From the IMG/VR virus record IMGVR_UViG_3300027779_002128, positions 11,632 through 75,631 of that record: a DNA stretch of 64,000 bases; one strand, written 5' to 3'. Made by a program: the position numbers and the translations under genes. Shown piece after piece: positions 1-10,156 of the stretch. The DNA is from a virus. Position 1 is the first letter of the stretch; each line of letters opens with the position of its first letter. Below the pieces are notes generated by a model that saw only the letters and a list, made by a program, of their open reading frames with translations, was not told the DNA's origin and did not search any database.

Positions 1-41
1 AAATGTTTGCTGTCTTTTACTAGTTGTTTTGCTGTTTTCAT
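1..41 (-). CDS. 5' end of a further ORF (MKTAKQLVKDSKHF...), probably a fourth twitch/radical-SAM protein; truncated by window edge
   Basis: ATG at 41 overlaps the TAA of the upstream gene (TAATG). The N-terminus resembles the neighbour's 'LLTDSKTFC' lead-in to the twitch domain. Confidence 0.5.
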   Translation of the reverse strand, partial: MKTAKQLVKDSKH

Positions 42-1285
42 TATTTTCCCTGTAACCTTCTTAACTCAGGAAATGTTTTAAAGAAGTCTTCGCCTCTTAT
101 ATCATCTAACCTAAATGTATTCTTGAAGAAGTCTTCCTTACATTCTTCCCAATTATCTTCACCATCAGCAAAGTCGGCCGCACTATTAGTTATCCGATCT
201 ATGCATCCTTTGTTACCTTTAAAGAAACTTCTTACATTCTCTCCAGCAACCTTCTTCAACGCACTAGGCATTGCTTTTGCACTATAGTACTTAGGATTAT
301 CACATAAGTATAATGTGTGGTACCAATCATGATCAAAGTCTACTAGTCCTTGTAGTCTCATGTATTCATAAAACTCAGGTATTGTCGCATAGTTCATTAT
401 ACTGAATACTGTATTGATTTGGAAGTTCACATAATCAAGTGCTTTAAATGTTTTTAAGTTCTCTTCAACCTTGCCCCAATTAGTTCCTGACCGCATTAGT
501 TCAGCACGGTCTCCATAATGGTCAACTGAACAACTTAATTCTATGTTGTCAAAGTGTTTCCAAAGTTCTAATATATCATACTGCTTGTAGCTCAGTGTAC
601 TAGCATTTGTATTGTAACGCAATGTTACATCAGTCCTGCCTTTGCGTATCATGTCCTCTAGTATAACATAATGCTCAGGAGTAATCAACGGTTCGCCACC
701 AGCGAAGTAAGCCAGGTCTATATGTTCAACTTGATCTAATATCTCTTCTAGTACAGTTCCTTCGTTATCGTCAACGTGTATAATAATAGGTCCATCTGGA
801 TTATAAGTTTTCTTATCCTCCAATGCCCATTGCGAACTAAACTCTGTTCCACAACTACGACATTTAAAGTTACATATATTACTAAACCTTATATCAAAGT
901 ATTTCATTTTAAGTTCGTCTACATGTCCATCGGTGTGCGTCATTGCCAATGATTCATCGAATGAGTCAGAGAAGTTATCCATGCTGTATGTACGGAAGCT
1001 ATGTGGGCCAGCCTTTTCATGACTATAACAAAAGTTACATATCTCAGACTTCTTACCTGCTAACATATTTAATCGTAAGTCTTTCATGTAGTCTGTGTTG
1101 AATGCTTCTTTAAGGCTCATGTCTCTAGCATTACCAATTGGATTAGTATAGTCGTTACTACAACAAGGGTATATGTCTCCTTTAGGTGTTGCATTCAAGT
1201 GTACCCAAGGGAACATACAAAACGTTTTACTATCTGTAAGCAATGCTTCTTTGTCTAAGTCCTGTAGTTTTATGTAATCACTCAT
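41..1285 (-). CDS. Radical SAM protein with N-terminal twitch/SPASM domain
   Basis: CNFKCRSC (CxxxCxxC), FAGGEP and YNTN motifs. N-terminal CMFPW..GDIYPCC..CNFC auxiliary Fe-S motif. Confidence 0.9.
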   Translation of the reverse strand: MSDYIKLQDLDKEALLTDSKTFCMFPWVHLNATPKGDIYPCCSNDYTNPIGNARDMSLKEAFNTDYMKDLRLNMLAGKKSEICNFCYSHEKAGPHSFRTYSMDNFSDSFDESLAMTHTDGHVDELKMKYFDIRFSNICNFKCRSCGTEFSSQWALEDKKTYNPDGPIIIHVDDNEGTVLEEILDQVEHIDLAYFAGGEPLITPEHYVILEDMIRKGRTDVTLRYNTNASTLSYKQYDILELWKHFDNIELSCSVDHYGDRAELMRSGTNWGKVEENLKTFKALDYVNFQINTVFSIMNYATIPEFYEYMRLQGLVDFDHDWYHTLYLCDNPKYYSAKAMPSALKKVAGENVRSFFKGNKGCIDRITNSAADFADGEDNWEECKEDFFKNTFRLDDIRGEDFFKTFPELRRLQGK

Positions 1286-2561
1286 ATAAATTTCTCAGTT
1301 CAGGAAACACTTCTACAAAACTTTCATTCCTTAATTTATCTAGCCTAGTAGTTTCTGCAACAAACTCAGCCCTAACATTATTAAAATCAGTACCAGAAGA
1401 GTCAACCAAATCAGGAAACGCAATTATATTTGATATTGTGTTTTTAAAATCATACTGTCTCTTTTTGTATGTTAATATTAGTCTGTCATTACTGCTAACA
1501 TATTTTACTATATTTTCTATGCCTTGTCTACCTTTATCTTTTAATTCTTGCGGTAAGTTAAACACACTAATCCATTCAGGATTAGATACAGGATTCAGTT
1601 GCCAGTCGCCTCCAGGCATAAGTCCTGTGCTTAACATTTTCTTATAAAATTCTTCTAGTGTAGTATAGTTTAACATACTAACAGTTGAACTAATTTGTAA
1701 ATTAACATTAGGCTCTAGTAATAATGTTTTAATATTTGCTTCTATATCCTTCCACTTAGTTCCACTTCTAATATATTCTGCTCTGTCGTCACAGTGATCA
1801 ATACTACTGTAAATATTTACAGGATGATCAAACTGTTCCCACAGCTCTAATACGTTATACTTTTTAAACTTTAGTTTACTTAGGTTAGTGTTGTAACTTA
1901 GTTTAACATCAGCTCTACCTTGCTTAATTAATTCTTCGAGCATCTTGTAATGGTAGTCGTCAACTAACGGCTCCCCACCAGCAAAGTAACATTCTTCCAT
2001 GTACGGTATGTGCTCTAGCAACTCGTCAAATATATCTTTGTTACGTTCAGGCATCATATCTGTTGTTAAGTTTATGCCTTGCTTCTTATCTTCGGCTTCC
2101 CACAAACTACTATAGCCAGAGTTACAAGAACGGCACTTCATATTACATACGTGGCTAAGTCTAAAGTCAAAATATTTCATTTCAAAATCTGCTAAGTGAC
2201 CGTCTCTTGCTGTACGCCTTAAGACTTTCTTTTTCCATTTGCCATACTTCTCATTTGCAGTATTCCTAAAACTATATGTGCCAGTGCCACTGTCTTCTAT
2301 CTTATGACAGCCATTACATACTTCGTGCCTCTTACCTGCTATCATGTCTAGTCGTAATTGTTTCATGAAGTCTGAATTAACCATTTCTTCAATTGACAAA
2401 TTCTTTCTCCCTATAGAATGAGAATACTTCATGTTGCCAATACAACATGGCAATGGCTTACCATCAGGAGTTACATGCATATGAACAAATGGTAACATGC
2501 AAAATGCATTGTTGTCCTTTGAATGTGGAATGTAGTTATCTATGTGATTCTTTTTTGGCAT
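1278..2561 (-). CDS. Radical SAM protein with N-terminal twitch/SPASM domain
   Basis: CNMKCRSC, FAGGEP, YNTN. N-terminal CMLPF..GKPLPCC..CNGC. Confidence 0.9.
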   Translation of the reverse strand: MPKKNHIDNYIPHSKDNNAFCMLPFVHMHVTPDGKPLPCCIGNMKYSHSIGRKNLSIEEMVNSDFMKQLRLDMIAGKRHEVCNGCHKIEDSGTGTYSFRNTANEKYGKWKKKVLRRTARDGHLADFEMKYFDFRLSHVCNMKCRSCNSGYSSLWEAEDKKQGINLTTDMMPERNKDIFDELLEHIPYMEECYFAGGEPLVDDYHYKMLEELIKQGRADVKLSYNTNLSKLKFKKYNVLELWEQFDHPVNIYSSIDHCDDRAEYIRSGTKWKDIEANIKTLLLEPNVNLQISSTVSMLNYTTLEEFYKKMLSTGLMPGGDWQLNPVSNPEWISVFNLPQELKDKGRQGIENIVKYVSSNDRLILTYKKRQYDFKNTISNIIAFPDLVDSSGTDFNNVRAEFVAETTRLDKLRNESFVEVFPELRNLYE

Positions 2562-4003
2562 TACTTTACTTCTACTAATTGTATATCGCTGGCATTAAGT
2601 TCACCGCACATGTTATAAAAGCCTTCCATCTCTGGGAAAGTCTCTAGGAAGTTTGTGTCTCTACGTCTGTCGTACTCGTTAAACCATTTGTAGAAATCAA
2701 TTCTACCTCTGCGTATTTTCTCATCGTCGTACGGTGTGGTAGCAAAATAATCTCTTACTCGTCTAAAACGTTCATACTCTAATTCACTAAACATTGTTCT
2801 ATCATCTTCAACAAGGTTGTCCTTAACAAAAGATAAGATGTCATCGAAGTAAGGTAAGAACTCTTCTTTAGGTAATATGTGCATGTCATACTGCAACGGT
2901 TCTTTGAGGTACGGTGTATCAAATCTAATCTTTCTTACGTTAGGTTCACTGCCTAAGTTATTTGGTATAATGTCTTCGTACGTCTTGCGCCACTCTAATA
3001 CTTTTTTCAAGTACTCTTTAAATGTTGTAACACTTAGCACATTGAATGTTACCATGTGTGTTATATGACTTTTAACGCCACGCAAGTATATGTCTTGATT
3101 CTTTTCCCAAAGTTCAATGTCTAAACCTGTTCTAATATATTCAGCACGTTTGCCCCATGTATCAATGGAACTAAACATTTTAAAGCCACGTATTTTATTG
3201 TTCTCTGTTAGTTCTTTAACTACTTCTACTAATCTCTCTACACGTCTGCTAGTGTATCCTAAGTTAGTGTTAACGTTAATTTCTATATTTGGCTTTGGGT
3301 TCTCACTAAGTTCTTCGAACAGTCTCCAAGTAGTTTTATGCAAGATCGGTTCGCCGCCTGTTATCCTAAGTATGTTTAATGTTTCGCTTACCTCAGGCCA
3401 CCACTTCCACCATGCTTCGACGTACGGAGAATCCTCATCGTAAATATCAAACCAGTCTATGTCAGCTTGGTGATTGCTAACCATATTGTACGGACCATGC
3501 TTCTTAATCTCTGCTCTATATAAGCTACTATGCATTGGATGACAGTACCCACACTTAAAGTTACACTCGTTACTGAATGCAATTTCTACATACTCTGGAT
3601 TAATTTTATAGTCAGGTGGATTATATATAATCTCATTTAATCTATCTTCTGTGTATATGCTACTGTTACGAATATGCCTGTCCGAAACATGCTTCTCTTC
3701 GCCTTCAGCTTTGTTCTCATCCATCTCTTCTACGTTCCAGCAGTACTGACAGCCACTTGGCTTATCACCGTTGAGCATTTGAATACGTTCATCAATTTTC
3801 TGCGGTGTGTTATGTAGTACACTTGGGTCGTACTTTAATTCTTGTAAAGGTATGTCATGTGGCTTAGGGTGGTAGCAACTATGCGTCTGCCCTCTATGTA
3901 AGTAAATAGTTGTGTGGTGCCACTTAGCCAGACAGAATGTCTCACTAATCTCATTAGTAAGCAGTTCGTCTATTTCTTCTATTCGCCCTATTCTATCACT
4001 CAT
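2561..4003 (-). CDS. Radical SAM protein with N-terminal twitch-like domain
   Basis: CNFKCGYC, ITGGEP, VNTN. N-terminal CLAKW..HSCYH..CQYC. Confidence 0.9.
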   Translation of the reverse strand: MSDRIGRIEEIDELLTNEISETFCLAKWHHTTIYLHRGQTHSCYHPKPHDIPLQELKYDPSVLHNTPQKIDERIQMLNGDKPSGCQYCWNVEEMDENKAEGEEKHVSDRHIRNSSIYTEDRLNEIIYNPPDYKINPEYVEIAFSNECNFKCGYCHPMHSSLYRAEIKKHGPYNMVSNHQADIDWFDIYDEDSPYVEAWWKWWPEVSETLNILRITGGEPILHKTTWRLFEELSENPKPNIEINVNTNLGYTSRRVERLVEVVKELTENNKIRGFKMFSSIDTWGKRAEYIRTGLDIELWEKNQDIYLRGVKSHITHMVTFNVLSVTTFKEYLKKVLEWRKTYEDIIPNNLGSEPNVRKIRFDTPYLKEPLQYDMHILPKEEFLPYFDDILSFVKDNLVEDDRTMFSELEYERFRRVRDYFATTPYDDEKIRRGRIDFYKWFNEYDRRRDTNFLETFPEMEGFYNMCGELNASDIQLVEVK

Positions 4004-4015
4004 ATTATACCTAGT

Positions 4016-4039
4016 ATAGCAGGAGCGAACCCCTGCTAT
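4016..4039 (-). other. Intergenic 10-bp hairpin with UUCG loop (mRNA stability/processing element or weak terminator)
   Basis: Minus strand ATAGCAGGGG-TTCG-CTCCTGCTAT between the dehydrogenase and rSAM genes; no U-tract follows. Confidence 0.55.
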
Positions 4040-4045
4040 GTTTTA

Positions 4046-5356
4046 TTATCCCTGTTTAATTCTCGTATTACCGTAATGCACAACCTTCACGCCTTCGATA
4101 TTAGGAATCTGTCTCCACGGGTCTAACACAATACTACCGACTGGAAACTGTAACTCAGTTCCGTTGCCTGTAGAAACAGACAATGCTGTGTCGCAATCTG
4201 TTCTATTATGTTTGCCGTTGTACCATCCTGGTACGTTATCTAGTTGGTCACCATAAGTGATACCTGGATTGTGTGCTAGTAAGTATACTGCTGGCTCACT
4301 AAGTTTATCGTCTAACGGCACGTCACCAGTTTTCTCATCATAGTAATGTAATTCAAATCCTGCTTTTTGTATGTAGTGTCCTACTAGCATACTGGCCGAA
4401 CCTGCATCATATTCTACTAAAGGCTTGTAAGCCTTACCGACTATAATGATTGGCAATCCGTTTACTATATCACCTGCTAACTCCATTAAACGTTTTGCCA
4501 TGTTCTCTGCTTGTACTTCTCGTGAAAGCATCACAGCATCAAACAAGTCGTAACCTAACCCTAAGTTCTCAGCCATCCACCGTAGTGCGATATTATCTCT
4601 TGGGTGACAAGCACCACCATCGCCCATACCCGGCTTCATATATCCAGGTCCCATGATACGTCTATCACTTGAAGCTAATGCATCACAAACAACTTCCGCG
4701 TTTATGTTACCTTGCTTTTCTGCAACGTCTTGAATCATATTTACTAAGGATACTTTTGCTGATATAAATGTATTGTAAAATACTTTAATGCACTCACATT
4801 CATCCCAGGTACCTATAATATACCTTGGATCGTTCTGCATTATTGTTTTATAAAAGTCTACAAGTTGTTTTGCATCACCTGTTTCACTTCCATCTGCGGT
4901 TCCAATCATTACCATTTCTGGATTAACCATATCCCATTTTACTGTACCCATTGCAATTAAGTATGGGTTGTAAATAAAACGAGCATTAGTTAAGAGTGGA
5001 ATAAACTCACGTCTAACAGTACCTGGTAGTACTGTGCTAATAAGGACTATTAGTTGTTCATTGGTTGCTACCGCATTTACTTTCCTAAGGATATCTTTAA
5101 CTATACTGTAATCGAAATCCTTATTAGGTAAATGGCTGGTAGGTGCTTTTCCATCATACTGTGGGTCATGCGGTGTAGGCACAGCAACAAAGACAATTTC
5201 TTGTCCTCTTACTGCATCTTCCACTGTATCAACCATTGCAAAGTTTTCAGGCTCTACAGGGTTAATGTCAAACCCAACAACATCATGTACTTCAGCGACC
5301 ATTTCGGCGCAGGCTTGTCCTAACTTGCCAACTCCGATAAATCCGACTGAGGCCAT
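4046..5356 (-). CDS. ugd: UDP-glucose/GDP-mannose 6-dehydrogenase family protein
   Basis: Rossmann GFIGVGKLG, VAVPTP, STVLPGT, KVFYN and catalytic-Cys motif GDGGACHPRD; SD GGAG upstream. Confidence 0.85.
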   Translation of the reverse strand: MASVGFIGVGKLGQACAEMVAEVHDVVGFDINPVEPENFAMVDTVEDAVRGQEIVFVAVPTPHDPQYDGKAPTSHLPNKDFDYSIVKDILRKVNAVATNEQLIVLISTVLPGTVRREFIPLLTNARFIYNPYLIAMGTVKWDMVNPEMVMIGTADGSETGDAKQLVDFYKTIMQNDPRYIIGTWDECECIKVFYNTFISAKVSLVNMIQDVAEKQGNINAEVVCDALASSDRRIMGPGYMKPGMGDGGACHPRDNIALRWMAENLGLGYDLFDAVMLSREVQAENMAKRLMELAGDIVNGLPIIIVGKAYKPLVEYDAGSASMLVGHYIQKAGFELHYYDEKTGDVPLDDKLSEPAVYLLAHNPGITYGDQLDNVPGWYNGKHNRTDCDTALSVSTGNGTELQFPVGSIVLDPWRQIPNIEGVKVVHYGNTRIKQG

Positions 5357-5396
5357 TTTTATCTCCTGTTGTTAGTAGTATTTTTAAACTACGCTG

Positions 5397-6188
5397 TTAT
5401 TTATCAGGATTGAATTCAGGTTTTATATGTATTTGGTTAGCTTCATATAGAATATTCATGCTGTTCCAGAAGTCGTAAAATTGTTGAGGGGTAAGTATGC
5501 AAGGATTATCGCTGTCGTCGTCACCTAAATATTTTTCAATAGAGACAACACCTTTGTATGCTACAGCAATACCTGGGAATATTCCAGCTTCACGACTCTC
5601 GTATGCTATTGCAACATCAGGGAAAGCCTGTTGTAAATCATCTATGTGTGCTAGTTCAAGCTCTTCTATTTTAGGCGGAAACTCGCTACTAGCATAGTAT
5701 ACAGTTAGTTTATCTCTACCTGACTCTTTATAATATCGCATAACATCATGTACATGCTGATGACTATATATAACATGATCAAAGTTATCTTTAGCATAGC
5801 GTATCAAGTCTTCAATCGGTTCTATAGCATCATAATGAAGTTTAAGTATGTGTGCATTGCAATGCTCGTTGACCCAGGCCGCGGCCTGATCATCAGTAAC
5901 ACTCCATATAAGCGGTATGCCAATATCTTTGCAAAAGTCTGTTATTGCTATTGCGTTGCTAGGAGTAAGTTCTGAACGTTTGGCTACATCAATGTATGCC
6001 ATTGTCCCCCACTTACTTGCAATAGGAACATACTTTTTATTTTTAGGAACAGTTAATGTGGGTGTACTTTTACTAAGAACGATTGCATCGGCATTGCCTG
6101 TTGCGGCTGATACTACTCGTTGTTTTAATACCTCAATGTCGTTCTCATGCCCTATTCCGATATTTGCATAAAGTTTAATTGCCACCAC
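5397..6188 (-). CDS. NeuB-like (N-acetylneuraminate synthase fold) protein, catalytically degenerate
   Basis: ANIGIGH..D..A..ADAI, ELT, IPLIWSVTD, SEFP, IEKY and PQQF align with the NeuB pattern; key residues are substituted and there is no C-terminal SAF domain. Confidence 0.7.
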   Translation of the reverse strand: MVAIKLYANIGIGHENDIEVLKQRVVSAATGNADAIVLSKSTPTLTVPKNKKYVPIASKWGTMAYIDVAKRSELTPSNAIAITDFCKDIGIPLIWSVTDDQAAAWVNEHCNAHILKLHYDAIEPIEDLIRYAKDNFDHVIYSHQHVHDVMRYYKESGRDKLTVYYASSEFPPKIEELELAHIDDLQQAFPDVAIAYESREAGIFPGIAVAYKGVVSIEKYLGDDDSDNPCILTPQQFYDFWNSMNILYEANQIHIKPEFNPDK

Positions 6189-7188
6189 CTATCAAGCCCT
6201 TCTCAAGCAAGTCTTGAATTTGTTTTTCTCTAATCATTACACCCCAGCGTTTAGGGTTAACAAATGTCTTCTTAAAGAACTCACACATCTTAGGGTCCGG
6301 ATTAAACAACATCATTTGATTTACGTTGTCGTTAAGCCTATCACCTAGTTCACATACTTCGGTGTATAATGCGTCCTTATCCCATAATAGTTTACTATAC
6401 TTACATTTTTGATCAGCATTAGTATTAAAGTTAATAGCAACCTCATCATAGAAGAATGATTTAAACCAGTCATAGTCTGATATTAAATTAACCTCCCAGT
6501 CGCTAGTTACAGCCATCTCACAGCCTAGTCTTGCTCCATAGATAGCCCATAAGCCATTTTCTATATCACTACCAATGTTGCACCATGTTTGTAGTCTATT
6601 ATAATTTCCATACCATATTTTTTCTTGGAACTCGTCTGCCCTAACTCTCTTCCCTTGATCCAAACTCATTTTAACACCTTCCCTAAACCCTGCTCTAAAT
6701 GCCTGGAAAGGACTTGCTGTTTGGTGTACTTCTGAGAATGTGTCGTTAAGTTGTATGTAGTTTAACTTCCAACAAAACTCCATGCCCTCACCGTCATCCG
6801 ATGCTTCATGGGTGCTAATTGTTTTAGTGTATTCCGTAGGCCAACATTTAAGTCCGCCGTTACCATATACTAATCCATTTAAAATGTTTTTACCGTTCCA
6901 ACTAAATATGCTCTGGCTAATATCGTTACCGTCATGATCAGTGTCTGGGAAGTCTAATGCTTGTTCAAAGAAGTCTGGCATAACAATGTTGTCGCCGTCT
7001 ACTGTGATAAATCGTTCTGTTTCTGCTTGATTGGCGCATTCTTTATGTGCGGCATCAAACCCTTTAACGCCGTGTACTCGTTTAGCCCAAGGTACTTTGT
7101 TTAATAAGTCAGCCCAATGCTCTTCGCAATTAGGTTCGTCATATGAGATATAAAATATATCTAATTCTGTGACATCTTGTTTTGGCAT
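6175..7188 (-). CDS. Putative GT-A fold glycosyltransferase
   Basis: DIFYISYDEPN...AAHKECA...RFITVDGDN (DxD after a hydrophobic strand); sugar-metabolism gene context. Confidence 0.6.
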   Translation of the reverse strand: MPKQDVTELDIFYISYDEPNCEEHWADLLNKVPWAKRVHGVKGFDAAHKECANQAETERFITVDGDNIVMPDFFEQALDFPDTDHDGNDISQSIFSWNGKNILNGLVYGNGGLKCWPTEYTKTISTHEASDDGEGMEFCWKLNYIQLNDTFSEVHQTASPFQAFRAGFREGVKMSLDQGKRVRADEFQEKIWYGNYNRLQTWCNIGSDIENGLWAIYGARLGCEMAVTSDWEVNLISDYDWFKSFFYDEVAINFNTNADQKCKYSKLLWDKDALYTEVCELGDRLNDNVNQMMLFNPDPKMCEFFKKTFVNPKRWGVMIREKQIQDLLEKGLIGGGN

Positions 7189-8390
7189 TATGTATGTGTC
7201 TCTTTGCGTTTGTTGTAGAGCAAGTTGTTGGTACCGGTAGCAAATGCAAAGAAGTCATCAGCATAACTGTTAAAACCGGGAATAACATCTGTAATGTTAT
7301 TTATTGTTTGTTGATGTATTTTCATAGCATGTTCTTGATTATATGTAATGCGTCCTTGTATATATTCTAAATCTAAGTTCTCTATGTTATTTAATACTTT
7401 TTGCGTATTATCGACGCAAGTTTTGAACTCACTTAACGTATTTCTATTATAGGGGTAAATATCTTTGTTGACACCCGCATGAGGCAACCATTCTGTAGTA
7501 GCGTCTGGCTGGTATAGTTTAAATCCTAACGTTGTTAGTTTATTTACAAATTGAGGATGTATGTACACAAACGGATACCCAAGCACAATAGGCTTAAACG
7601 TTTTCTCTGTTACATGAGCTAAACTGGATGCACTAGTCTCTGCAACTATTTCGACTGCAACATCGTTGTATAGCTCTGGAGGAAGCATGTCAAAATCCTT
7701 ACGTCCAGTCTCATTTAGCCACGGTCTATCTATAACTTTAGCAACATTGTTAACCATGCTTCTCATAGCATCAAACGAATGGGGTTGATTATCGTAAACA
7801 GTTGTCCACGCTTCAAAAAGTTTTACCTCTGAATGCTCAGACCAATGTTCCATTTGTTCATATGTCATACAAGCATATTTTAAACTATCGCTTATACTAG
7901 AGTGCAAAAAATAGTAAAGTGCAGGGAATCTTGATGGCTTCCACAGCTTACCAGGAAGAAATAATACTTTTGAATTAGACGGTTTCCATGTAAGATTTTC
8001 AATATTGTCTTTAGTGTATGTACTTATAGCTTGATGCAAAAACCACCATATGCTTAACACGTTATCATATTGTTCGGCATGTTGAAACGTTGAATTAGTT
8101 AGAATTAAATAGTTACTAACAAACTTAGTGCTGTTAATATGTTTAGTTAAACAGTCGCACCAAAGTCGCATACCATCGGAATCTGCATTTTCTTCGATAT
8201 TTAATAACACTATTACTTGTAAATTTTCTGCTAGTGCAATATCAATAATTTTGTTTACTAGCACAGCCGCCGCGTGGCCTATGTCAACATCATCATTAGT
8301 GGCCGCCGTGGGTATATGGGCAACCGCACAGTCATCAAAAAACTGTATATTAAAAGGATAACCACCTTCTTGCCAAGAGACACGTCTCAT
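7188..8390 (-). CDS. Hypothetical protein, possibly glycosyltransferase-like
   Basis: 400-aa ORF coupled to its neighbours. C-terminal EIVAET..VTEKTFKPIVLGYPF resembles the nucleotide-sugar-binding motif of GT10-like enzymes. Confidence 0.45.
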   Translation of the reverse strand: MRRVSWQEGGYPFNIQFFDDCAVAHIPTAATNDDVDIGHAAAVLVNKIIDIALAENLQVIVLLNIEENADSDGMRLWCDCLTKHINSTKFVSNYLILTNSTFQHAEQYDNVLSIWWFLHQAISTYTKDNIENLTWKPSNSKVLFLPGKLWKPSRFPALYYFLHSSISDSLKYACMTYEQMEHWSEHSEVKLFEAWTTVYDNQPHSFDAMRSMVNNVAKVIDRPWLNETGRKDFDMLPPELYNDVAVEIVAETSASSLAHVTEKTFKPIVLGYPFVYIHPQFVNKLTTLGFKLYQPDATTEWLPHAGVNKDIYPYNRNTLSEFKTCVDNTQKVLNNIENLDLEYIQGRITYNQEHAMKIHQQTINNITDVIPGFNSYADDFFAFATGTNNLLYNKRKETHT

Positions 8391-9116
8391 TTAACTACGT
8401 TGGTACTTGTCGAATAATTTTACTGTGTACACACTACAATGTCGTAAGTCACCTAAAAGTTTTCGTGTAACTTTCTTTTCTGTAATTAGTTCTGCAAGAC
8501 TTATAATTTCATAATGAAACATTGTGTGTGGATCGTGCTCGGCTGTTAAGAAGAACTTTAATAATCGTTGCCCTTTAATAGTTGCACTAATTGGGTACAC
8601 ATCTTTGTACACTTCTTTTGATTTGTTACTTAAACTAACAACCAATTCGTCTACATTTACAGAACATTTAATATCAAATGATGTACTCTTGCCGTAATCA
8701 ATTTCGTTAAGGAAATCTTTTTCTGCTTCTGTGTATATTGTGTTGATGCTTTTTAGTTCAATGCTGTATAAGTTATCTACTTTAGGATCAATATTTACTC
8801 TGTACTTATGAGACTCCGTTTGATTACTTGTTAAGATAGTTAACTGCTCTTGAGAAAAGTTAAACGTTTGCCAGCCTTCTTGTATGTGTGTATCTGTGTT
8901 TTGTGTTAGACAAACTATCTCACCACTTTTATCAAAGTATAATTTCCACTCTTTGTCTTTTTGAGCTTGTATTAGATTTTCAGCACCACCTGCCTTTTCT
9001 TTTTCAGCAAGGAAACGTTTCCTTCTTTCTAGTGCGGCATTAGATACAACGTTATCTTGTTGTGCTTCTTCTACCACAGCCTTCTTAGTAGTCTTTGTTT
9101 TCTTTTTAGTAGGCAT
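8391..9116 (-). CDS. Hypothetical protein
   Basis: 241-aa ORF in the operon with a basic N-terminus; overlaps the upstream stop. Confidence 0.75.
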   Translation of the reverse strand: MPTKKKTKTTKKAVVEEAQQDNVVSNAALERRKRFLAEKEKAGGAENLIQAQKDKEWKLYFDKSGEIVCLTQNTDTHIQEGWQTFNFSQEQLTILTSNQTESHKYRVNIDPKVDNLYSIELKSINTIYTEAEKDFLNEIDYGKSTSFDIKCSVNVDELVVSLSNKSKEVYKDVYPISATIKGQRLLKFFLTAEHDPHTMFHYEIISLAELITEKKVTRKLLGDLRHCSVYTVKLFDKYQRS

Positions 9117-9969
9117 AAGAATCCTCCATTTGTTTAATCATTTTGTCTGTTAGCCACTCGTCTTCTACATAATGGAATGGTAGTTGTTGTTGGAAGTTTC
9201 CTACCTTAAAATTCTTACAATCTTTATAGTATGTAGGCAAACTATCGGTCCATGTTTCGCTAAGTGCGGCACCTTTTACTTCTTGTATATGACTTTTCAT
9301 ATGTATAAATGTAGGTACTGCTTCAATATTTTCTCTACAACATTCTTGTTCAATTCCCAGTAGTTGCATTGCTAAAGCAAATGCTACGTCTCCACTGAGC
9401 CAATCAGGCTTGCCTTTTGGCATATACCTGTGAAAGAATCTTTGCCAATGCTGGAATATAATTTCAGTCATTGCGAATAGCTCACTTGCTAGATCACTTT
9501 GTTTAAAGTAAAAGAATGCTGTGTAGACATTAGGTAAGCCATTTGCAACAAAGTATTTTCTGTAGTAATCACTGTTAACAACCTCGCCTCGGTATGTTCT
9601 AACTTTAGTTGTTACCCAAACATCACGTTGACCCATAATATCCCACCAATGACTTACATCTGTAGGGAATAACATATCAGTATCTAATACTACAGTCTCA
9701 TCATACGGAGTCATATAGTAATACTTCCACTTGTTATTAATTTTCCATTCGGCATTTTCTGCGTCGTCTGACCAAGGTATGTCAACAATATTATCAAATA
9801 CTTTTGTATGCTTAGGCTTAATTAGTTCTCTAGTCGCTGGGTCTACACACACCGTTAGATTGCTTACAACCGTCTGTGTTGCTTTTAAATTCAATGCTAG
9901 TGCATACGCCTGCTTTAAGTAATCAGTCGTGCTGTTGTTTTGTGCTATTACTATATAACCCTTACTCAT
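9106..9969 (-). CDS. GT8-like glycosyltransferase
   Basis: KGYIVIA..YLKQAYALALNLK, TPYDETVVLDTDMLF (DxD), DVAFALA. Confidence 0.7.
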   Translation of the reverse strand: MSKGYIVIAQNNSTTDYLKQAYALALNLKATQTVVSNLTVCVDPATRELIKPKHTKVFDNIVDIPWSDDAENAEWKINNKWKYYYMTPYDETVVLDTDMLFPTDVSHWWDIMGQRDVWVTTKVRTYRGEVVNSDYYRKYFVANGLPNVYTAFFYFKQSDLASELFAMTEIIFQHWQRFFHRYMPKGKPDWLSGDVAFALAMQLLGIEQECCRENIEAVPTFIHMKSHIQEVKGAALSETWTDSLPTYYKDCKNFKVGNFQQQLPFHYVEDEWLTDKMIKQMEDSYAY

Positions 9970-10156
9970 TTGCTATTCTCTCTAATACTTTATTCTTTTC
10001 ATCGTCAGTCATTGTATACCAGTCTCGCATCTCGGTAGCAGTTCTAAAACAACCGATACAATACTCTCCGCTCTCATCAAAAGTACAAACTTTGATACAC
10101 GGACTTATTACTGTTGAGGGAGGCCTAGCCTTTCCCCTTCTCAAATCTTCTTCCAA
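9962..10156 (-). CDS. DUF1289-family small Cys-rich protein (start may be TTG at 10144)
   Basis: SPCIKVC...CIGCFRT..EMRDW..M...EK..V pattern typical of DUF1289. Confidence 0.75.
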   Translation of the reverse strand: MEEDLRRGKARPPSTVISPCIKVCTFDESGEYCIGCFRTATEMRDWYTMTDDEKNKVLERIANE

